Shown here in pieces: positions 61,411 through 64,000 of a stretch of 64,000 nucleotides of DNA (the first letter of the stretch is position 1; every line of letters begins with the position of its first letter). The notes beneath the pieces were generated by a model. That model made no database searches. It was not told the DNA's origin and saw nothing but the letters and a program-made list of their open reading frames with translations. This DNA comes from Kiritimatiellia bacterium (GTDB lineage Bacteria; Verrucomicrobiota; Kiritimatiellia; RFP12; UBA1067). Made by a program: the position numbers and the translations under genes. The stretch covers positions 2,204 to 66,203 of the forward strand of contig JAFXXW010000009.1 in NCBI GenBank assembly GCA_017542055.1, in the 5' to 3' direction.

Positions 61411-61617
61411 CGGCGACTGGAAGCCTTTCGCCAGCCGGAACCAGAGCCGGATCTGCGTTTCCAGCAGTTCTTCCTTATCCAGCTTCGCCTCCTTCGCATA
61501 CCGCTTAATCAAAGCGTCCATCGCCCTTACGTGCGTCGACGGATTGCCGCCGGTGCCGCCCATCATGGCATTGAGTTCATCCACCATCTTGTACAGCGCG
61601 GCCCTAACCGCGATCAT
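61375..61617 (-). CDS. Hypothetical small protein (80 aa)
   Basis: ORF-track ORF only. Helical-looking sequence (ALIKRYAKEAKLDKEELLETQIRLWFRLAK). Its 3' end runs through the hairpin/repeat element. Coding status is uncertain. Confidence 0.3.
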   Translation of the reverse strand: MIAVRAALYKMVDELNAMMGGTGGNPSTHVRAMDALIKRYAKEAKLDKEELLETQIRLWFRLAKGFQSPDVRKEADVHGV

Positions 61618-61653
61618 GTCGCAGTTTCTCGCCGAGAAACAGGGTGGGCCACT

Positions 61654-62118
61654 TCACGACGGCCATCGCGCCATCCAGCTTGTCGAGAAAAGCCGGGGGC
61701 CGCCTTTCGTGTACCCGCTGAGGGATGCAACCTTCCGTCCTTTCGAATCGGTTATCACCATCGATGGATAGCCTACGATGCGGTATTGCCGCGCCAAATC
61801 TGGATTCTGCGTCGCCGCAAGTTCGCACAGCCGCGATTTGTTTTGCTGGCAGTCAATCATCACAAGCACGTATTTCCGGGACGCCTTGCGGATGAAATCG
61901 CTTTGCGAAAAGACCTCTTGGTCCATGCGACGGCACCAGCCGCACCAGTCCGAACCCGAAAACGCCATTAAGACGAACTTGCCCTGCAAGGCGGCCTGCC
62001 GTCTGGCCTTGGCCACATCCTCCATCCAGCCGTCGGGCACCCCGAGCGACACGGCCGGCGCGGTCCGCGCCGGCATGGCGGCCAACACCAAGGCAAGTAT
62101 GAGCAATATCTTCTTCAT
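61654..62118 (-). CDS. Secreted thioredoxin-fold protein (CGWC), possibly frameshifted near its 3' end
   Basis: ATG at 62118 (ATGA overlap with the upstream stop). Signal peptide MKKILLILALVLAAMPARTAPA, plus FSGSDWCGWCRRMDQEVF and GYPSMVI. Confidence 0.65.
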   Translation of the reverse strand: MKKILLILALVLAAMPARTAPAVSLGVPDGWMEDVAKARRQAALQGKFVLMAFSGSDWCGWCRRMDQEVFSQSDFIRKASRKYVLVMIDCQQNKSRLCELAATQNPDLARQYRIVGYPSMVITDSKGRKVASLSGYTKGGPRLFSTSWMARWPS

Positions 62119-64000
62119 TTCAATCCCCACTGCCTGCACATGTCGTCGAAAGTGGTCGCTTCCGCCAGTCTGCCGGGCGGGGTCTTTATGGCCGGCTCCA
62201 GCCGCATCACCTCTTGCTTCATCGCTTCGGCTCCCCGCTCCCTGGCGATCCGCTCGAAATACGGCGTAAGCAAATCCCACAACGGCTGTCCGCCGGACTT
62301 GAAGCCTTTGACCAACGTATTGACATACCTGTTCCAATCCTCCATCGAAGCGTTGGCCCACAACAGATACGACTCGTACTCTAGCCATGCGCCATAATGT
62401 CCGGGATGAAGCGCGCACGCGCGCCGGTAATACTTCTGCACCGTATCAAAGTCGCGCTTCGACTCCCAAGCCAGCTTCGCCAAAGTCAGCATGCGGTCGG
62501 CCGCGTGGCGAGTCTCGCGCGCGGCGCCAAAGGTTGCCTCCACCGCCGACACATACTGCCACGGACGCAGCATCCTGTCATGCGGCCAGAAGCAGAAATG
62601 CATTTGCGAAGGATACATCAAATTATTGCCCAGCACCCAAGTGCCGTCCGGCTTGCGGTAGGAAAAAGCGAGATGCCCTTGCGGCTGCTCCACCATCAGC
62701 GCCGGTACGCCCCGCGCGTTGGCGCAAGCCAAGGCCAATTTGGACCGCTGATGCGAAGCATGTCCCATCAAGCACGTATATCCCACGAGCGTCGTCTCAT
62801 CGGCTTTTCTGAACACCTGCACCAGCTCCGTCCAACGCCCGCCGAAGCAACTTATGGGACCGGTGAACTGCAAATCCCAAGGGATTTTGTGGTATTCCCT
62901 TACCGGAACATTGCAGAAACTGTCCATAACCATCTGCTGCCCGGCAACATTGCCGAAGTAATAGAGGTTGAGCGCCATTCGCCACATCCATACCGGTTGG
63001 CTGTAGGCCGACTTGTGCAACCTTCCGGCTTGCGCCGTTGTGCGGTAGTCATTCAACTCTCTGGCCAGCCATTGCTCGCTTTGGTCCGGATAGTTGAACG
63101 CCAGCGCCGTCATAAACCTGCGCCCTTCGTTATCCTCGAACTTGCCGTCCTTAAACTTGACCCACTGCCCGTTGTCCTGGAACACCAGCTTCTCGAGCGC
63201 CAGGATCGCCCCTGCCCCGGCGCCGGGCTCGCAGGATTCTTTTCGGTGATAGCCGGTCTTGGGGAATAGTCCATTCCAGGCAAAGTCTTCCAGCCAGGTG
63301 CGGTCCTCGAGAAACGCGCGGACGAAATTTTCCGACCCAGGACGCGACACCAGTTTTTGCCATCCCTCCTCGCCGATCAGCCTCAATGCCGCATACCGGG
63401 CGATTTCAAGTTTCTGACTCTCGCTGAGCTTGGCGTTGGGCTTGATGCCCTTTATTGCCGCCCTAGACCGGTCCAGCAGGAAAGGAACCGGCTCTGCCGG
63501 CTTATCCGGCCGCGGAACCATTTCCAGTTTAGTCCATTCCGGCGGCGCAATCTGTTCGCCGTCCATGATCAGGCGTCCGCGGGCAAAGTTTCCCCAAAAA
63601 GTACCGTCGTCCAAAGCAAGCACGTCATGGAGCAGTTTTTTCTGCGCTGGTGTAAGCGGCTTATCCAACCCGTCCATATCCAGCGCGTATTCCATGATCA
63701 TTAAGCACTGCTGCTGGTCGGGAGAAAAATGCTTGGACTTAGACCGTACTTTTTCGATGTACGCTTTCGCGTCTTCCCGCGATTTAGCTTTTAGTTCGGT
63801 GACTTTGGCCACCATTTTCATGGCCTCCGGCGTATGCATCTGGATGTGCATCACCCACCCATACTTGTCGTCCTCATCAAGTTTGCAAAGCGCATCCCAC
63901 TCTTTTCCCCAGCCGTGCTCGCCGGTCAGGAATTCTTTGGCGACGGACTTGCTCAGCCGCCCGATCAGACGGTAAAAGCCTTGGCCGTACAGGTCTGCCG
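62115..64000 (-). CDS. Large hypothetical protein with possible transglutaminase-like Cys-His core and TPR-like C-terminus (5' end outside window)
   Basis: The reading frame stays open upstream of the listed start to position 64000 (my translation ...GWGKEWDALCKLDEDDKYGWVMHIQMH). The segment GYTCLMGHASHQRSKLALACANARGVPALMVEQPQGHLAFSYRKPDGTW resembles the Cys...His pattern of transglutaminase-like proteases. Confidence 0.4.
   Translation of the reverse strand, partial: ADLYGQGFYRLIGRLSKSVAKEFLTGEHGWGKEWDALCKLDEDDKYGWVMHIQMHTPEAMKMVAKVTELKAKSREDAKAYIEKVRSKSKHFSPDQQQCLMIMEYALDMDGLDKPLTPAQKKLLHDVLALDDGTFWGNFARGRLIMDGEQIAPPEWTKLEMVPRPDKPAEPVPFLLDRSRAAIKGIKPNAKLSESQKLEIARYAALRLIGEEGWQKLVSRPGSENFVRAFLEDRTWLEDFAWNGLFPKTGYHRKESCEPGAGAGAILALEKLVFQDNGQWVKFKDGKFEDNEGRRFMTALAFNYPDQSEQWLARELNDYRTTAQAGRLHKSAYSQPVWMWRMALNLYYFGNVAGQQMVMDSFCNVPVREYHKIPWDLQFTGPISCFGGRWTELVQVFRKADETTLVGYTCLMGHASHQRSKLALACANARGVPALMVEQPQGHLAFSYRKPDGTWVLGNNLMYPSQMHFCFWPHDRMLRPWQYVSAVEATFGAARETRHAADRMLTLAKLAWESKRDFDTVQKYYRRACALHPGHYGAWLEYESYLLWANASMEDWNRYVNTLVKGFKSGGQPLWDLLTPYFERIARERGAEAMKQEVMRLEPAIKTPPGRLAEATTFDDMCRQWGLK

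Noticed and set aside
1-64000. CRISPR arrays, IS elements, integrases/transposases, prophage genes, rRNA.
   Set aside because: Reading through both strands and the ORF track, I found no spaced direct-repeat array, no transposase- or integrase-like translation and no rRNA-like segment. This was a visual scan only, so a systematic search (minced, ISEScan, barrnap) should confirm it.

Overview
High-GC bacterial chromosomal segment. A few hand-counted 60-nt lines give roughly 65-75% G+C in the core. It is very gene-dense, with about 60 genes. From 1 to about 53.6 kb every gene except one small one is on the minus strand. These genes form long operons whose junctions mostly use 1-4 nt start/stop overlaps (ATGA, GTGA, TTGA, TGATG). 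Each operon is headed by an AT-rich, near-consensus sigma70 promoter (TTGAnn, 17 nt, TG(G/A)TATAAT) that stands out against the GC-rich background. Core content, read 5' to 3' on the minus strand: (1) an 11 kb pheA-leuA-leuC-leuD-leuB-tyrA-aroC/D/E-aroK/B-aroA-hydE-like operon containing unusual shikimate-pathway fusions; (2) an M24 peptidase; (3) a minimal Flp/Tad-like pilin operon with two tiny Flp pilins (one absent from the ORF track), TadE-like and TadG-like proteins and an unknown secreted protein; (4) a KS-like gene plus an AT-DH-PPTase gene whose PKS catalytic motifs all look substituted, preceded by tRNA-Ser(GCT); (5) a sialic-acid locus (sialidase, NanM-SSS fusion transporter, AgcS, NagA); (6) polA; (7) PilB/PilT/PilB-type ATPases; (8) trkH, tatAC, pal, miaA-like, lspA, dksA-like and a giant GreA; (9) rluA-like, a beta-lactamase-fold lipoprotein, HNH and a phosphoesterase; (10) an OppF-like ATPase, nadB, glyQS, accA, accD, an XRE-cupin regulator, a GT4 glycosyltransferase and a beta-helix protein. 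From about 53.9 kb the composition drops to roughly 53-62% G+C in hand-counted lines, and far fewer spurious ORFs appear in the track. Here a plus-strand 7.4 kb block encodes a divergent LysR regulator, then metY, an OM beta-barrel, cysK, thiS-like, thiF-like, bioB and pdxS-pdxT. The block is bracketed by an imperfect ~30 nt direct repeat with a 16 nt identical core, and a ~25-codon relic of an Fe-alcohol-dehydrogenase gene lies at its left edge. No CRISPR array, IS element, integrase or rRNA was seen. Lineage guess (inference only): an anaerobic member of the PVC superphylum, based on the giant GreA, the HydE-like maturase and sialidase use. The most interesting candidates are the catalytically degenerate PKS-like/PPTase pair, the orphan Flp/Tad-like operon, the sulfur-carrier-protein (ThiS/ThiF) block with MetY/CysK/BioB/PdxST, and the highly uniform promoter family, which includes leaderless transcripts and a leaderless uORF.
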